The notes: a model not told the origin generated them from the sequence alone. A DNA stretch of 64,000 nucleotides from an uncultured Verrucomicrobiae bacterium (GCA_963765205.1 CAVXVB010000004.1:128001-192000); one strand, 5' to 3'; shown: positions 40,977 to 51,101, numbered from the stretch's first letter. Numbers and translations are program-made.

Positions 40977-41089
40977 AGCGCGGGAGGTAAATGCCCAAAC
41001 GGCGGGGAAATGAGTGCAAGTGCTATTGCCTTGGAAGCCGGGGCGCGGGCTTCTATCCTGCCTCCCAATCTTGGGGTGGTTGCTCAACG

Positions 41090-42670
41090 ATGTTCAAATT
41101 TTTCAAAAAGACGGCGGCTTCGTCTGCGCCGGCACCCCCGCGTCCGCCGGCGACTTACTGGCTGACGCGCTTCGTGTTATTGCGCCTGCTGGGCGCTGTG
41201 TATGCGGTCGCGTTTCTCGTTGCCGCGAACCAAAACCTCCCACTGATTGGCGCACAGGGGTTGACGCCGCTGGCGCCGTTGGTGGACGCAGCGATTAGCC
41301 AACAGGGCACATGGGCGTTGTTTCTCAAAGTGCCGTCGCTGTTCTGGTTCAACCATTCGGATGCGATGCTGCAGGGCATGGCTTGGGCGGGTTTCGCGCT
41401 GGCCTGCGTGGTGGTGGCGGGCTACGCGAACGCGCTGATCATGCTCGCGCTGTGGGCCATCTACATGTCGTTCGTACATCTCGGTCTCGAGTGGTATGGC
41501 TACGGCTGGGAAATCCAATTGCTCGAAACCGGGTTCCTCGCCGTGTTTTTGTGCCCGTTGTGGGACGCGTGCCCGTTTCCCCGCCGCGCGCCGCCGACGG
41601 TGGTGCTGTGGCTGTTTCGCTGGCTGGCTTTCCGCATCATGCTGGGCGCGGGCCTCATCAAGTTGCGCGGCGACCCGGTGTGGCGCGACTTCACCGCGTT
41701 GTATTACCACTTTGAGACGCAGCCCATTCCGAACGGCCTGAGCCGCTGGTTTCATTTTCTGCCGCCGCTGGTGCTGCGCGTGGGCGTGGGGCTGAACCAT
41801 GTGGCAGAACTGGTCGCACCCTGGTTCGTGTTCTGGCCCCGGCTAGCGCGGCACCTCGCCGGCGCGTTCATCGTGGTGTTTCAATTCACGCTGATTTTGA
41901 GCGGCAACCTTTCCTTCCTCAACTGGCTCACCATCGTTTCCGCGCTCGCGTGTTTCGACGATTCAGTTTGGCGCCGAATTTTGCCGCGAGTGCTAACGCG
42001 CCGGGCCGAGGCCGCTGCGGTATCCGCCGTGCCCTGCGCTTCCATGCAGTGGGTGGCGTGGACGTATGCGGGCATCGTCGCGTTTCTCAGTTATCCGGTG
42101 GTGGTGAATCTGGCCTCGCCACAGCAGCAGATGAATAATTCCTTCGATCCGCTGGGACTCGTCAATACCTACGGCGCGTTCGGCACCGTGGGCAAAGAGC
42201 GCCTCAACGTCGTCTTCGAGGGCACCGACGACCTCGTGCCCGATGAAAACGCGCTCTGGAAGCCGTATCCCTACAAGGGCCTGCCGGTGGATGTGATGAA
42301 GCGCCCGCCGCAAATCGCGCCCTACCAGTTGCGCCTCGATTGGCAGATGTGGTTCGCCGCGATGAGTTCTCCGGGACAATATCCCTTCACCATCAACGTC
42401 GTCTGGAAACTTTTGCACAACGACCTCGGCACCCTCAGCCTGTTTGCGGACAATCCATTTCCCGGCCAGCCCCCGCGTTTTGTGCGCGCGCGGCTTTATA
42501 AATACAGTTTCGCCCCGCCGGGCAACCCCGCAGGGGCGTATTGGACGCGCGAGGATCGCGGCAACTGGCTCCCGCCGCTGGCGGCGGACAACCCCTCGCT
42601 GCAAGCCGAACTGGCCCGCCGGCACTGGCTCGACGCCGCTCCGGCCGCAGCGCAGGCAACGCCGAAGTGA
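41090..42670 (+). CDS. Lipase maturation factor (LMF1) family membrane protein
   Basis: YGYGWEIQLLETGFL, RWLAFRIMLGAGLIK, YHFETQPIP, SGNLSFLNWLT, APYQLRLDWQMWFAAM. Confidence 0.92.
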   Translation: MFKFFKKTAASSAPAPPRPPATYWLTRFVLLRLLGAVYAVAFLVAANQNLPLIGAQGLTPLAPLVDAAISQQGTWALFLKVPSLFWFNHSDAMLQGMAWAGFALACVVVAGYANALIMLALWAIYMSFVHLGLEWYGYGWEIQLLETGFLAVFLCPLWDACPFPRRAPPTVVLWLFRWLAFRIMLGAGLIKLRGDPVWRDFTALYYHFETQPIPNGLSRWFHFLPPLVLRVGVGLNHVAELVAPWFVFWPRLARHLAGAFIVVFQFTLILSGNLSFLNWLTIVSALACFDDSVWRRILPRVLTRRAEAAAVSAVPCASMQWVAWTYAGIVAFLSYPVVVNLASPQQQMNNSFDPLGLVNTYGAFGTVGKERLNVVFEGTDDLVPDENALWKPYPYKGLPVDVMKRPPQIAPYQLRLDWQMWFAAMSSPGQYPFTINVVWKLLHNDLGTLSLFADNPFPGQPPRFVRARLYKYSFAPPGNPAGAYWTREDRGNWLPPLAADNPSLQAELARRHWLDAAPAAAQATPK

Positions 42671-42673
42671 GGC

Positions 42674-43054
42674 TCAGCCCCCGGTGCCCGTGCCGCGCGC
42701 AGCGGTGCCGCGCGGACCGGTGCCGCGTGGGCCACGAGCCGCATCGGCAAATTCTTCGGGATGGGCTTCGGCGTAGTCAATGCCGGCCTGCACGTCTTTA
42801 ATGGCTTGGTCGACGCTCGCGATGGCCTTCTCGCGGTAGCCGCCTTTGTCGGGGCGCGCCAAATCAAGCTGGTTGCGGGCTTCGCGGAGCCGGAGGATGG
42901 ATATATCCATGTGCGGCTGATGGCTGGGGTGGGCGGTGCCGGCGGGCGGCGCGGAAGTCGTTTCCGTCGTTGCGGCTTGGGCAATGACGAAGCTGCCGCC
43001 GACGGCGGAGACGATGGTGAGTGCTGCGAGGATGGGTTTCCAGTGAGTTTTCAT
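42674..43054 (-). CDS. Small secreted helical protein
   Basis: Signal peptide, QPHM..L.EA..L..A..DKGGYREKAI..DQAI..VQAGI pattern, RGT-repeat tail. Confidence 0.75.
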   Translation of the reverse strand: MKTHWKPILAALTIVSAVGGSFVIAQAATTETTSAPPAGTAHPSHQPHMDISILRLREARNQLDLARPDKGGYREKAIASVDQAIKDVQAGIDYAEAHPEEFADAARGPRGTGPRGTAARGTGTGG

Positions 43055-43224
43055 GATGATTTCCTTTTGAGATGAGGGGGTGAGGAGATGAGGGGGTAGG
43101 AAAAATAGCCGGCGGGGGCCACACTAAACTATTTACTTATGATAAACATTAAACCCCGCGCCGCCACTGAAAATTCGTTAAAAAAGGGTTAAAACGAACG
43201 TGGTGTTTTTTTACGCCGGCGGTC

Positions 43225-43650
43225 TTACGTCGGTGGAATTGAAAAAATTTCCACCGCCCCGGCGCGGGCCAGTTGCGCGGGCGTCATGACGTAGACCCAG
43301 GCCTCGCCAAGCGAGGCGGACGCGGCGGAATCATCATCGGCAAAACACGCCGCGCGCACGCGTTGGTAATCGTTTTGTTCGGGCGACCGCGCGGCCTCGA
43401 AGCCTTCGAGCCGGTCGAAATTTTGCAGGACGGCATCGTCCCGCAGCACCAACCGCCAGCCCCGGATCCACCGCAAATCTTCGCCCTCCGTGGCCAGCGC
43501 CAGATAACCATCGTGTAACTGATACGCCCGCCCGCGCACCCGCGCCGGTGTGCTTTCCGCGACCCGGCCCTCGCAGAAGCGCGCCCAGTTCGACCCGCGC
43601 GGCACGAGCGAGCCGTAAACAAAGACCGCGAGATCCACATTGTCTCTCAT
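43225..43650 (-). CDS. Gamma-glutamylcyclotransferase (AIG2-like) family protein
   Basis: VFVYGSL, FDRLEG, YQRV, AWVY. Confidence 0.85.
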   Translation of the reverse strand: MRDNVDLAVFVYGSLVPRGSNWARFCEGRVAESTPARVRGRAYQLHDGYLALATEGEDLRWIRGWRLVLRDDAVLQNFDRLEGFEAARSPEQNDYQRVRAACFADDDSAASASLGEAWVYVMTPAQLARAGAVEIFSIPPT

Positions 43651-43772
43651 GCGCCCATCATGCCACCCTCGCCCGCCCCACCCAAGCCGGATTTTTCCTT
43701 GGCCCGCCGAACCCCCATCTCTATACTTTCCCGTTCCCGTCTTCGGTGCGGCCTCCGAACTCAGCATTCAGC

Positions 43773-45132
43773 ATGAACCGAGTCCACCTCAAAACTTATG
43801 GCTGCCAGATGAACGAACGCGACTCCGAAGCGGTCGCGGCGCTCCTGCGCGCGCGGGGCTATGCGCTGGTCGAGGACGAGGCGCTGGCGGACATCGTGCT
43901 GCTCAACACCTGTTCCGTGCGCGATTTGGCCGAGCAGAAGGCCATGGGCAAAGCCGCCCACCTGGCCAAACGCAAGCGGCGCAACCCGCGCTTCATCGTG
44001 GGCATTCTTGGCTGCATGGCCCAAAACCGCGGCGCGAACTTGCTTGACCGGCTGCCGGATTTGGATCTCGTCGTGGGCACGCAGAAATTCCACCGCGTGC
44101 CGGACCACCTCGATAATTTGCTCGCAACGATCCGCGGCGAAGGCCCGTGCCCCGCTACACTCGTGGGACCTCGACGCCGAGGCGGGTTCGCAAAACGAAA
44201 TCCGTGGGCACATGAGCGTGGACGGCGCACCGCAAGTCTCGGCCTACGTCTCCATCATGCAAGGGTGCAACATGCACTGCACGTTTTGCATTGTGCCGAA
44301 AACCCGCGGGTCGGAACGCTCGCGGCCACTCGACGAAATCGTGCGTGAGGCCGAAGAACTGGTGACGAACGGGACGCGCGAGATCACCTTGCTCGGGCAA
44401 ATCGTCACCAGCTACGGGCGGCGCGAATATCCGATGGTCAGCGGCAAAACACCGTTCGTACAATTGCTCGAACGCTTGCACGCGCTCCCGCAATTGCATC
44501 GCCTTCGCTTCACCTCGCCCCACCCCAGCGGGTTCAAGTCCGATTTGATCGCGGCGTATCGCGATCTTCCCAAACTCGGCGAATACGCGCACCTGCCCGT
44601 GCAAAGCGGTTCTGACCGGATGCTGCGGGCGATGAACCGGCCCTACACGCGCGATTCCTACCGGCGGCTCATTGAACAGCTGCGCGCGGCCCAGCCCAAA
44701 ATGTGGTTCTCAACGGATGTAATCGTCGGCTTCCCCGGCGAGACGGACGAGGATTTTACGGCCACACGTGATTTGTTCCGCGACGTCGGCTTCGAGATGG
44801 CGTATCTGTTCAAATACTCAACCCGCACTGGCACGCCCGCGGCAGAAATGCCCGACCAGGTGCCCGCCGAAGTCGCCGAGGCGCGCCACAGGGAATTGAT
44901 GGCACTACTAGAACAACGCTCACTCGCCCGCCATCAGGAACTCGTCGGTACGACGCAGGAAGTGCTCGCCCAGGAACCGGCGCGGCGTCCTCCAGGCCGC
45001 TTGCTGGGGCGCACGCGCGGCTTTCGCAAGGTGTTCTTTGACGCGCCCAGGCACCGCCTCGGCGAACTTGTCCCCGTGCGCATCACCCGCGCGACGGTTG
45101 CAGCGCTGGAGGGGGAGATTGGGGAATGCTGA
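43773..45132 (+). CDS. miaB: tRNA-2-methylthio-N6-dimethylallyladenosine synthase, frameshifted at 44165-44167
   Basis: KTYGCQMNERDSE, LNTCSVR, GCMAQ, radical SAM GCNMHCTFCIVP, RFTSPHP, TDVIVGFPGET, TRAM domain. Removing one G of GGG joins the frames. Confidence 0.93.
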
Positions 45133-45268
45133 ATTCGGAGTGCTGAATTCGGAATGGAAAATCGCAAGCAGGGTGTCTTGTTTTTGTTTGCGGAATTATT
45201 TTTACAACTTACGATTTTCCTTTCACCCCGCTTTTGATTCAGCATTCCGAACTCAACATTCCGAACTT
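45124..45268. repeat. Heptamer-unit inverted repeat (GAATGCT/GAATTCG)
   Basis: GAATGCTGAATTCGGAGTGCTGAATTCGGAATG faces TTCAGCATTCCGAACTCAACATTCCGAAC. Confidence 0.75.
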
Positions 45269-45273
45269 TTACC

Positions 45274-45828
45274 ATGTCCCTCTTTGCCGTCACCCTCTCC
45301 GCCGCCGCGCTACTGCTGGTTTTTGGTGCGATCCTCCTGTGGAGCGGGCCGTTGGTTGAGCGGGTGGCGAAGGCGTTTCCGCGGTCGCAACTGGCTGCCA
45401 TCGTGTTCTTCGGGGCGGCGGCCTTATGGTTTCTGGATTTGCTGAGCCAGCTTGGCCCCGCCGACTTTGGCGAATACCGGCAACTGCTCGTGATTATTTT
45501 CGCCGCAGTCGGCCTTGGCGCGTTTTTTGTGGCCAAGGATTTTCTCGCGGTACGCGGAGTGGCCATCCTGCTGCTCCTGGCGGCCAGGCCCGCCCTGGAC
45601 GCCTCTCTCGTTTACACCCCGCCGCCGTCATCGCGCGTGTGGCTGAATGCGTTTGTTTATGTGGTGATTGTGCTTTCGATTTATCTCGGCACCACACCCT
45701 ATCAGGCGCGCGATATCATCGCCTGGCTTTACGTGAAGCCGGGCCGGGCGCGGGCGCTGGGGGCGGTATGCGCGGGATACGGTCTTGCCCTTGCCGCGCT
45801 GGCGTCCACCTATCATGGGAAATATTAA
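45274..45828 (+). CDS. Hypothetical integral membrane protein
   Basis: About six hydrophobic segments; ADFGEY, DFLAVRG and PYQARD motifs; GC-rich third codon positions. Confidence 0.75.
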   Translation: MSLFAVTLSAAALLLVFGAILLWSGPLVERVAKAFPRSQLAAIVFFGAAALWFLDLLSQLGPADFGEYRQLLVIIFAAVGLGAFFVAKDFLAVRGVAILLLLAARPALDASLVYTPPPSSRVWLNAFVYVVIVLSIYLGTTPYQARDIIAWLYVKPGRARALGAVCAGYGLALAALASTYHGKY

Positions 45829-45924
45829 AATGGGGTGCGGTGAATTTTCCGCGGGAGGATGCGCCGGCCGCCCGGATTGAAAATTTAAATTTTGTTAAAA
45901 AATTTTCCGCCGCCCGATTCGCCG

Positions 45925-45953
45925 TTGCCTTTCCCGGTTTGGAATCGTAAACT
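45925..45953 (+). promoter_or_regulatory. Putative sigma70 promoter of gmk
   Basis: TTGCCT-N17-TAAACT, 38 nt upstream of the ATG, with an AT-rich tract further upstream. Confidence 0.55.
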
Positions 45954-45991
45954 ACCCATTATTAAGTTTATCAGCCAACCTACTCCTGCTC

Positions 45992-46651
45992 ATGCCGGCA
46001 CTTCCGACATTACCTGATGGCCCCGGGCTGATTTTTGTTTTTTCCGGCCCCTCGGGGAGCGGAAAAACCACGTTGTGCGACGCGCTCATCGCCAATGTGC
46101 CGCGCGCCAAGCGCCTCATCACCTGCACCAGCCGCGCGCCCCGGATTGGTGAGCAGGACAGCGTAGACTACCGGTTTTTGACGCCGGCACAATTCAACAC
46201 GGCCCTGGCTGCGGGGGAGTTTTTCGAGCATGCCCTGGTGCATGGCAACCATTACGGCTCGCGGCGCCGGGATGTCATCATGCTGATTGACCAGCGCCAG
46301 GATGTCGTCTTCAACGTGGATGTGCAGGGTGCCGCGACCATCCGCAAAACCGCCGCCGCCGAGCCGTTGCTGGCCGGCCGGCTGGTCACCATTTTCGTCG
46401 TGCCGCCGTCCATCGCAGAATTGCGCCGGCGTTTGCAAAGCCGCTCGCAGGACCGACCCGAGGAAATTGAGCGGCGCCTGCGGGCCGCCGCGGAGGAGGT
46501 CACGCACTGGCGGGAATTCGACTATGTCCTGCCCAGCGGTACCCGCGAGGAGGACGTGGAGCGCCTGCTCACCATTTACCACGCCGAACGCTTGCGCGTG
46601 CGCCCCGGCTCGAAACTCCCGGCCGACTGGACTTACGCGCTGCCGCAGTGA
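45992..46651 (+). CDS. gmk: Guanylate kinase
   Basis: SGPSGSGKTT, TSRAPRIGEQDSVDYRF, FFEHALVHGNHYGS, DVQGA, IFVVPPS. Confidence 0.95.
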   Translation: MPALPTLPDGPGLIFVFSGPSGSGKTTLCDALIANVPRAKRLITCTSRAPRIGEQDSVDYRFLTPAQFNTALAAGEFFEHALVHGNHYGSRRRDVIMLIDQRQDVVFNVDVQGAATIRKTAAAEPLLAGRLVTIFVVPPSIAELRRRLQSRSQDRPEEIERRLRAAAEEVTHWREFDYVLPSGTREEDVERLLTIYHAERLRVRPGSKLPADWTYALPQ

Positions 46652-46725
46652 GGGGCGACTTGGCAGCATCTTGGGCGCCGCAAAACGGCGCCTCTAAAAT
46701 GAGCCAGCACACGGCGCGCTTGACT

Positions 46726-47619
46726 TCATTGAAAAAGGTTACCCAGGTGTCCGCCCGCGCCCGCGCTCCCGACGAAGGCCATGATCATGCCGAAAAAGAC
46801 GACGATGAACACAATCATCACCACAAACATGATGATGCGATAAATTCCCATCAACTTGAAATAAAACCGCAACTGGTCGAGCACTCCGATCATATCCGCC
46901 TCCGACCCCGTGAAGGCGGCCTCCTGCGCCTTGGCGGCCGCTTTCCATAGCACGACGCCCAGCCAGATCGGCAGCCAGCAGATCACGATCCCCGGGCCAA
47001 ACACCATCCCCGCGCCGGAGATAAATGACAGGATTGCCAGGAACTTCATCCAGCCGCCCGCCTCCGTCAAGATCACCGCCAGGCGTTTAATTAACTGGGT
47101 GGAATCCGTTCCCGCCTGCCCGGAGTTTTGCGCCAGGGTGTGCGCCAGCGACGGCGACACCTGCGGCGAGAGGGTGAAACCCGATACCGACGACGCGCCT
47201 GCAGCATTTAATTCCGGCACCGAGCCGAGTGTTTGATACGACCCGCCTTCGGCCAGGCGCACCTGCGTCTGCGCGTTGGCGCGGCCTTCCCTCGCCCATT
47301 GACGCAATTGCTCCGCGCTCACGGGGCCGTATTCCTTCCCGTCGCCGCCTTGCATAAAATAGTTGGCACCAGGCCCGCTGGGCGCAACCGTCGGCCCGGG
47401 CGATGGCTGGGCAAATGAGGGCGCGTAGCCCGACCCTGACGCCGGCACCGCGACGTTCAATTCGGGCACCACTCCGAGCGCCAAATACGCGCCGCCCTCG
47501 GCCAGGCGCACCTGCGTCTGCCCATTGGCACGGCCCTCCACCATCCACTGCCGCAATTGCTCCGCGCTCACGGGGCCGTATTCTTTGCCGTCCCCGCCTT
47601 GCATGAAATAGTTTGCCAT
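46726..47619 (-). CDS. Tandem GYF_2 (DUF4339) domains plus DUF5362-like membrane domain
   Basis: Two near-identical units YFMQGGDGKEYGPVSAEQLRQW..EGRAN.QTQV (47455-47616, 47206-47367); WMKFLAIL...LRFYFKLMGI. Confidence 0.85.
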   Translation of the reverse strand: MANYFMQGGDGKEYGPVSAEQLRQWMVEGRANGQTQVRLAEGGAYLALGVVPELNVAVPASGSGYAPSFAQPSPGPTVAPSGPGANYFMQGGDGKEYGPVSAEQLRQWAREGRANAQTQVRLAEGGSYQTLGSVPELNAAGASSVSGFTLSPQVSPSLAHTLAQNSGQAGTDSTQLIKRLAVILTEAGGWMKFLAILSFISGAGMVFGPGIVICWLPIWLGVVLWKAAAKAQEAAFTGSEADMIGVLDQLRFYFKLMGIYRIIMFVVMIVFIVVFFGMIMAFVGSAGAGGHLGNLFQ

Positions 47620-47728
47620 GACAAAAATTCGATTAGGGGGTTAGTCCATGCCAATTACCTCAATTTGACTCTTCAATACCCCCGCTGGCAAGGCCAAAGC
47701 GGGAGTGGAGCGGTCCAGGGCGCGGCCA

Positions 47729-47810
47729 TTTCTGAATCCTGAATGCTGATTTCCAAATTCTCAATTCTTAATTCTGTACTTTGCTTTTTTAATTCAGAAT
47801 TCAGAAATCA
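47729..47810. repeat. Degenerate heptamer tandem repeat
   Basis: TTCTGAA TCCTGAA TGCTGAT TTCCAAA TTCTCAA TTCTTAA TTCTGTA ... TTCAGAA TTCAGAA ATCAGCA. Confidence 0.7.
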
Positions 47811-47817
47811 GCAATAA

Positions 47818-50800
47818 TTACACGCCCGCAGCTTTGAGGACCCGCGCCGCAATATCCGCCACCGGCAGCGCGGCCAGCGCGCGAGGGGAGACGCGGTTCT
47901 CATACATCCACGGCAGGCTGCGCAGCGGTTCGCTGAGCACCAGCGCGCGGTGCGCCGCGACATCGTCCACCCGGTCCACCGGCGTGAAATAGGGCGCGCC
48001 CTTGAGCACCGCGGGCCGCTCGCGCACGAGGCGCAAAATCGCCAGCACCGCGTCGGCAAAGCGGTCTAGCTCGGCCTGGGTGTAGCTCTCGGTCGGCTCG
48101 ATCATCAGGCCGAAAGCCTCCGGCCACGCCACCGTCGGCGCGTGGAACCCGAAATCCAAAAACAATTTGCCGATGCGCGGGATCACCGCCGCCGGCGCGA
48201 GGCCCGTCTGCGTCACCCGCATGAAATCCTCCGGCGAAAGGGTCAAAATGAATTCGTGCATCCGCGGCTGTTCTGTGGCCGCCGCGCCCGCCGGCAGGCT
48301 GCCGTAGGGTGGACTGAGTTTTGCATACAGGTAGCGCGACGACAACACGGCCACGGCGGACATCCGCCGCACGCCCGCGCGGCCCAGCCGCAGCAGATAC
48401 GCATACGCGCGCACCTTGTGCGCGAAATTCCCCCAGTGCCGGTGGAACGAGCCGATGCTGCGCGCCGCCTTGACCGCGACAAATTTGCCGCCGCGTTTTT
48501 CGATTTGCTGGCCTGGCAGAAAATCCCGGAGGCGTTCGCTCACCGCGACAATCGCGTCGCCCGGCCCGCCGCCGCCGTGGGGAATCGTCCAGGTCTTGTG
48601 CAAATTGTTGTGCAGCGCGTCCACGCCCAGCGCGGCGAGATTCACCCAGCCGGCAATGGCGTTCATGTTCGCGCCATCCATATAGACGAGGCCGCCCGCG
48701 GCGTGCACGTTGTCGGCGATGCGCTTGAATTCGGTTTCAAAAATTCCGCAGGTGTTCGGGTTGGTGATCATCACGCCAGCGAGGCGCGGGCCGAAGCGCG
48801 CGATTTTCGCCTCGCAATCGGCGAGGTCAATGCGCCCGTCCGGCGCGGCCTCGAGCAGCACGATCCCCGCCGGCTCGCCGTTTTCCTCGCGCGCCACAAA
48901 GCCCGCCATCGCCGCAGTCGCGAAATTCGTGCCGTGCGCGCTTTTCGGAATGAGCAAGACATTGCGGTGGCCCTCGCCCCGCGCGCGATGATAGGCCTGC
49001 ATCATCTTCAGCCCGGCCAGTTCACCTTGCGCGCCCGCCAGCGGCTGCGTGGTGACGGCGGCCAGCCCCGTGATGCCCTTGAACCATTCCTGGATTTCAA
49101 ACAAAACCTCGAGGCAGCCCTGCGTATCCTCCGCTGGTGCCTGCGGATGCGCGTTCACGAAGCCGGGCAAGTTCGCCGCCCAATCGTTCACGCACGGGTT
49201 GTATTTCATCGTGCAGGAACCCAGCGGGTAGCACGCGTCGTCAGGGCTGACATTCAATTCGCCGAGCTTTTGATAATACGCGACCAGCACGTCATGCGAA
49301 AAATGCGGCAGGCCCGCCGGCGCGGCGCGCCAGGCCCGTGCGGGAATTTCCGGAATCGAAACCGCGGGCTCGTTCGCCGGGCACACGCCGAATTCCACGT
49401 CAAAAAAGTTTTCCAGTTTGGCCAAGTCCGCTTCGCTTTGCGCGTCGGTGAACGCCAGCTTGAGCAAATTCCGTCCGCCCTGCAGCCGCGCCGAGACATC
49501 CACGCCCAAGTGCAAGCCCGCGCGGCGCGCGCGCTCGAGCAACAGCGCGACTGGCCGGTCCAGCGCCAGCGCCGGCTCGTTGAAAAATGGCGCGGCAAAC
49601 GCCAGTGCCACGCCCGGCCGCAAAAGTTTTTCCACCGCCGCCACCGCGCGCCGCCGCCCCTGATTCACCGCCTTCGCCAAGCCCTCGTCCCCGCGCTCGA
49701 GCAGCGCCGCGCCGACCAGCGTCGCCAAAAACGCCTGGTTCGAGCAGATGTTCGAGGTCGCCTTGTCCTTGCGGATATGCTGCTCGCGCGTCGAGAGCAC
49801 CATCACGCAGCAATCACGCCCCGCCAAGTCGTGCGCCTTGCCGACAAACCGCCCGGGCGTCGCGCGCACGTCGTTTTTCACGTTCCGATTGTGCCGCACG
49901 GCAAACACGCCCAGGCCCGGCCCGCCGAAATTCGGGCCAATCGCGAGGTGCTGCCCCTCGCCGACCAAAATATCAGCGCCCCGTCCACCCGTGCCCCAAT
50001 GCGCCGGCGGCTTCAATCCACCCGTTGCAAACAAAATCGGGTCCACGACCGCAATCGCCCGCGCGCCGAGTTCGCCCGCCAAATCCGTCAGCGCGTCCAC
50101 GTCTTCGAGCAAGCCGAGGCTGTTGATTTGCGGAAACGCCAGCGCCGCCAGCCGCGGCCCAAGCTCCTGCGCACGTGCCCGCATCACCGTGGGATCAACG
50201 AGGCCTGTCACGGGGTTCGGCGCGACGATTTCGAGCCGCAGGCTCGTCTCCGCCGCGTGCGTGTGGAGCACCTCGAGGTCGCTCGGAAACAACGTGCCCG
50301 CCAACAACACCGTGTCCGCCTCGGGTTTCTCCGCCAGGCGCAGCGCGCAGCAGCACGCCTCGAATAGCGCGCTCGCGCGATCATAAAGCGAGGAATTGAC
50401 CGCCTCGAAGCCCGTCAACTGCGCCATCAAACATTGGTAAATCCAATGCGTCAGCAAGGTGCCCTGGCTGCGCTCCGGCTGGTAGGGCGTGTAGGCCGTA
50501 GTCAAATTGCGGATGCCCGCGACTTTGGCGACGATGGCCGACACGCGGTAAACCGGCAGCCCGTCGCCTAGGAACGCCGCCGCGCTGCGGTTGTTCGCCG
50601 CGAGGGCGGCCATGCGTTCCTGCACGGCCTCGTAGGCCAGCTCATCCGGCAGCGCCAAGGGTGGGTGCGCGCGGATTTCGGCCGGCAGGTGCGCGAACAA
50701 ATCCTCGAGCTTCGCCAGGCCGAGCGCGCGCAACATCGCAGCCAAATCCTCCCCGCTCGCGGGGATGTAGTGGCGCGCCAGTTCCCGCGGCCAGGCGGAG

Positions 50801-50883
50801 GGATCAAAGTCCAGGGGCGGGCGCAAGCCAGCGGCAGCGGCGCGAGCGGCGAGCGACGGGTCAAGAGCAGGCGAAGACGGCAT
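47818..50883 (-). CDS. gcvP: Glycine dehydrogenase (decarboxylating), single-chain GcvPA+GcvPB-type fusion
   Basis: TAYTPYQPERSQG, TREQHIRKDKATSNICSNQ, YPLGSCTMKYNP, SAHGTN, YMDGANMNA, PLP lysine NLHKT..PHGGGGPG, LMIEPTES. Confidence 0.93.
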   Translation of the reverse strand: MPSSPALDPSLAARAAAAGLRPPLDFDPSAWPRELARHYIPASGEDLAAMLRALGLAKLEDLFAHLPAEIRAHPPLALPDELAYEAVQERMAALAANNRSAAAFLGDGLPVYRVSAIVAKVAGIRNLTTAYTPYQPERSQGTLLTHWIYQCLMAQLTGFEAVNSSLYDRASALFEACCCALRLAEKPEADTVLLAGTLFPSDLEVLHTHAAETSLRLEIVAPNPVTGLVDPTVMRARAQELGPRLAALAFPQINSLGLLEDVDALTDLAGELGARAIAVVDPILFATGGLKPPAHWGTGGRGADILVGEGQHLAIGPNFGGPGLGVFAVRHNRNVKNDVRATPGRFVGKAHDLAGRDCCVMVLSTREQHIRKDKATSNICSNQAFLATLVGAALLERGDEGLAKAVNQGRRRAVAAVEKLLRPGVALAFAAPFFNEPALALDRPVALLLERARRAGLHLGVDVSARLQGGRNLLKLAFTDAQSEADLAKLENFFDVEFGVCPANEPAVSIPEIPARAWRAAPAGLPHFSHDVLVAYYQKLGELNVSPDDACYPLGSCTMKYNPCVNDWAANLPGFVNAHPQAPAEDTQGCLEVLFEIQEWFKGITGLAAVTTQPLAGAQGELAGLKMMQAYHRARGEGHRNVLLIPKSAHGTNFATAAMAGFVAREENGEPAGIVLLEAAPDGRIDLADCEAKIARFGPRLAGVMITNPNTCGIFETEFKRIADNVHAAGGLVYMDGANMNAIAGWVNLAALGVDALHNNLHKTWTIPHGGGGPGDAIVAVSERLRDFLPGQQIEKRGGKFVAVKAARSIGSFHRHWGNFAHKVRAYAYLLRLGRAGVRRMSAVAVLSSRYLYAKLSPPYGSLPAGAAATEQPRMHEFILTLSPEDFMRVTQTGLAPAAVIPRIGKLFLDFGFHAPTVAWPEAFGLMIEPTESYTQAELDRFADAVLAILRLVRERPAVLKGAPYFTPVDRVDDVAAHRALVLSEPLRSLPWMYENRVSPRALAALPVADIAARVLKAAGV

Positions 50884-50935
50884 CGGGAATGGTTGAACGA
50901 AAACGGGGCGGGTTGCAAGTAAGCAGCAACCGGAA

Positions 50936-51097
50936 AAGTGTGGAGTGTGGAATGTGAAGTGTGTAGTTAAAGCCGTTATTCGACCAATGGGAAAAATTCC
51001 CCGCCTCCACTTTTCGCTTCTGGCCTCCGGCCGCCCGTCTCCTGAATTTACCCTCTGAATTCTGAACTCCACGCTCCACACTCCACCCTTCACGCTT
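50936..51097. repeat. Heptamer-unit inverted repeat in the gcvP/nth divergent spacer
   Basis: AAGTGTG GAGTGTG GAATGTG AAGTGTG faces CTCCACG CTCCACA CTCCACC CTTCACG. Confidence 0.7.
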
Positions 51098-51101
51098 CGC
51101 C

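Noticed and set aside
40943..41026. Possible CIRCE (HrcA) operator upstream of mcsA
   Set aside because: Only isolated half-sites (TCGGCACTC, GAGTGCAAG, AAGTGCTAT); no pair with the required 9-nt spacing.
43773..45132. miaB as a true pseudogene or programmed frameshift
   Set aside because: One extra G in a GGG run, no slippery heptamer, both halves conserved; an indel error is more likely.
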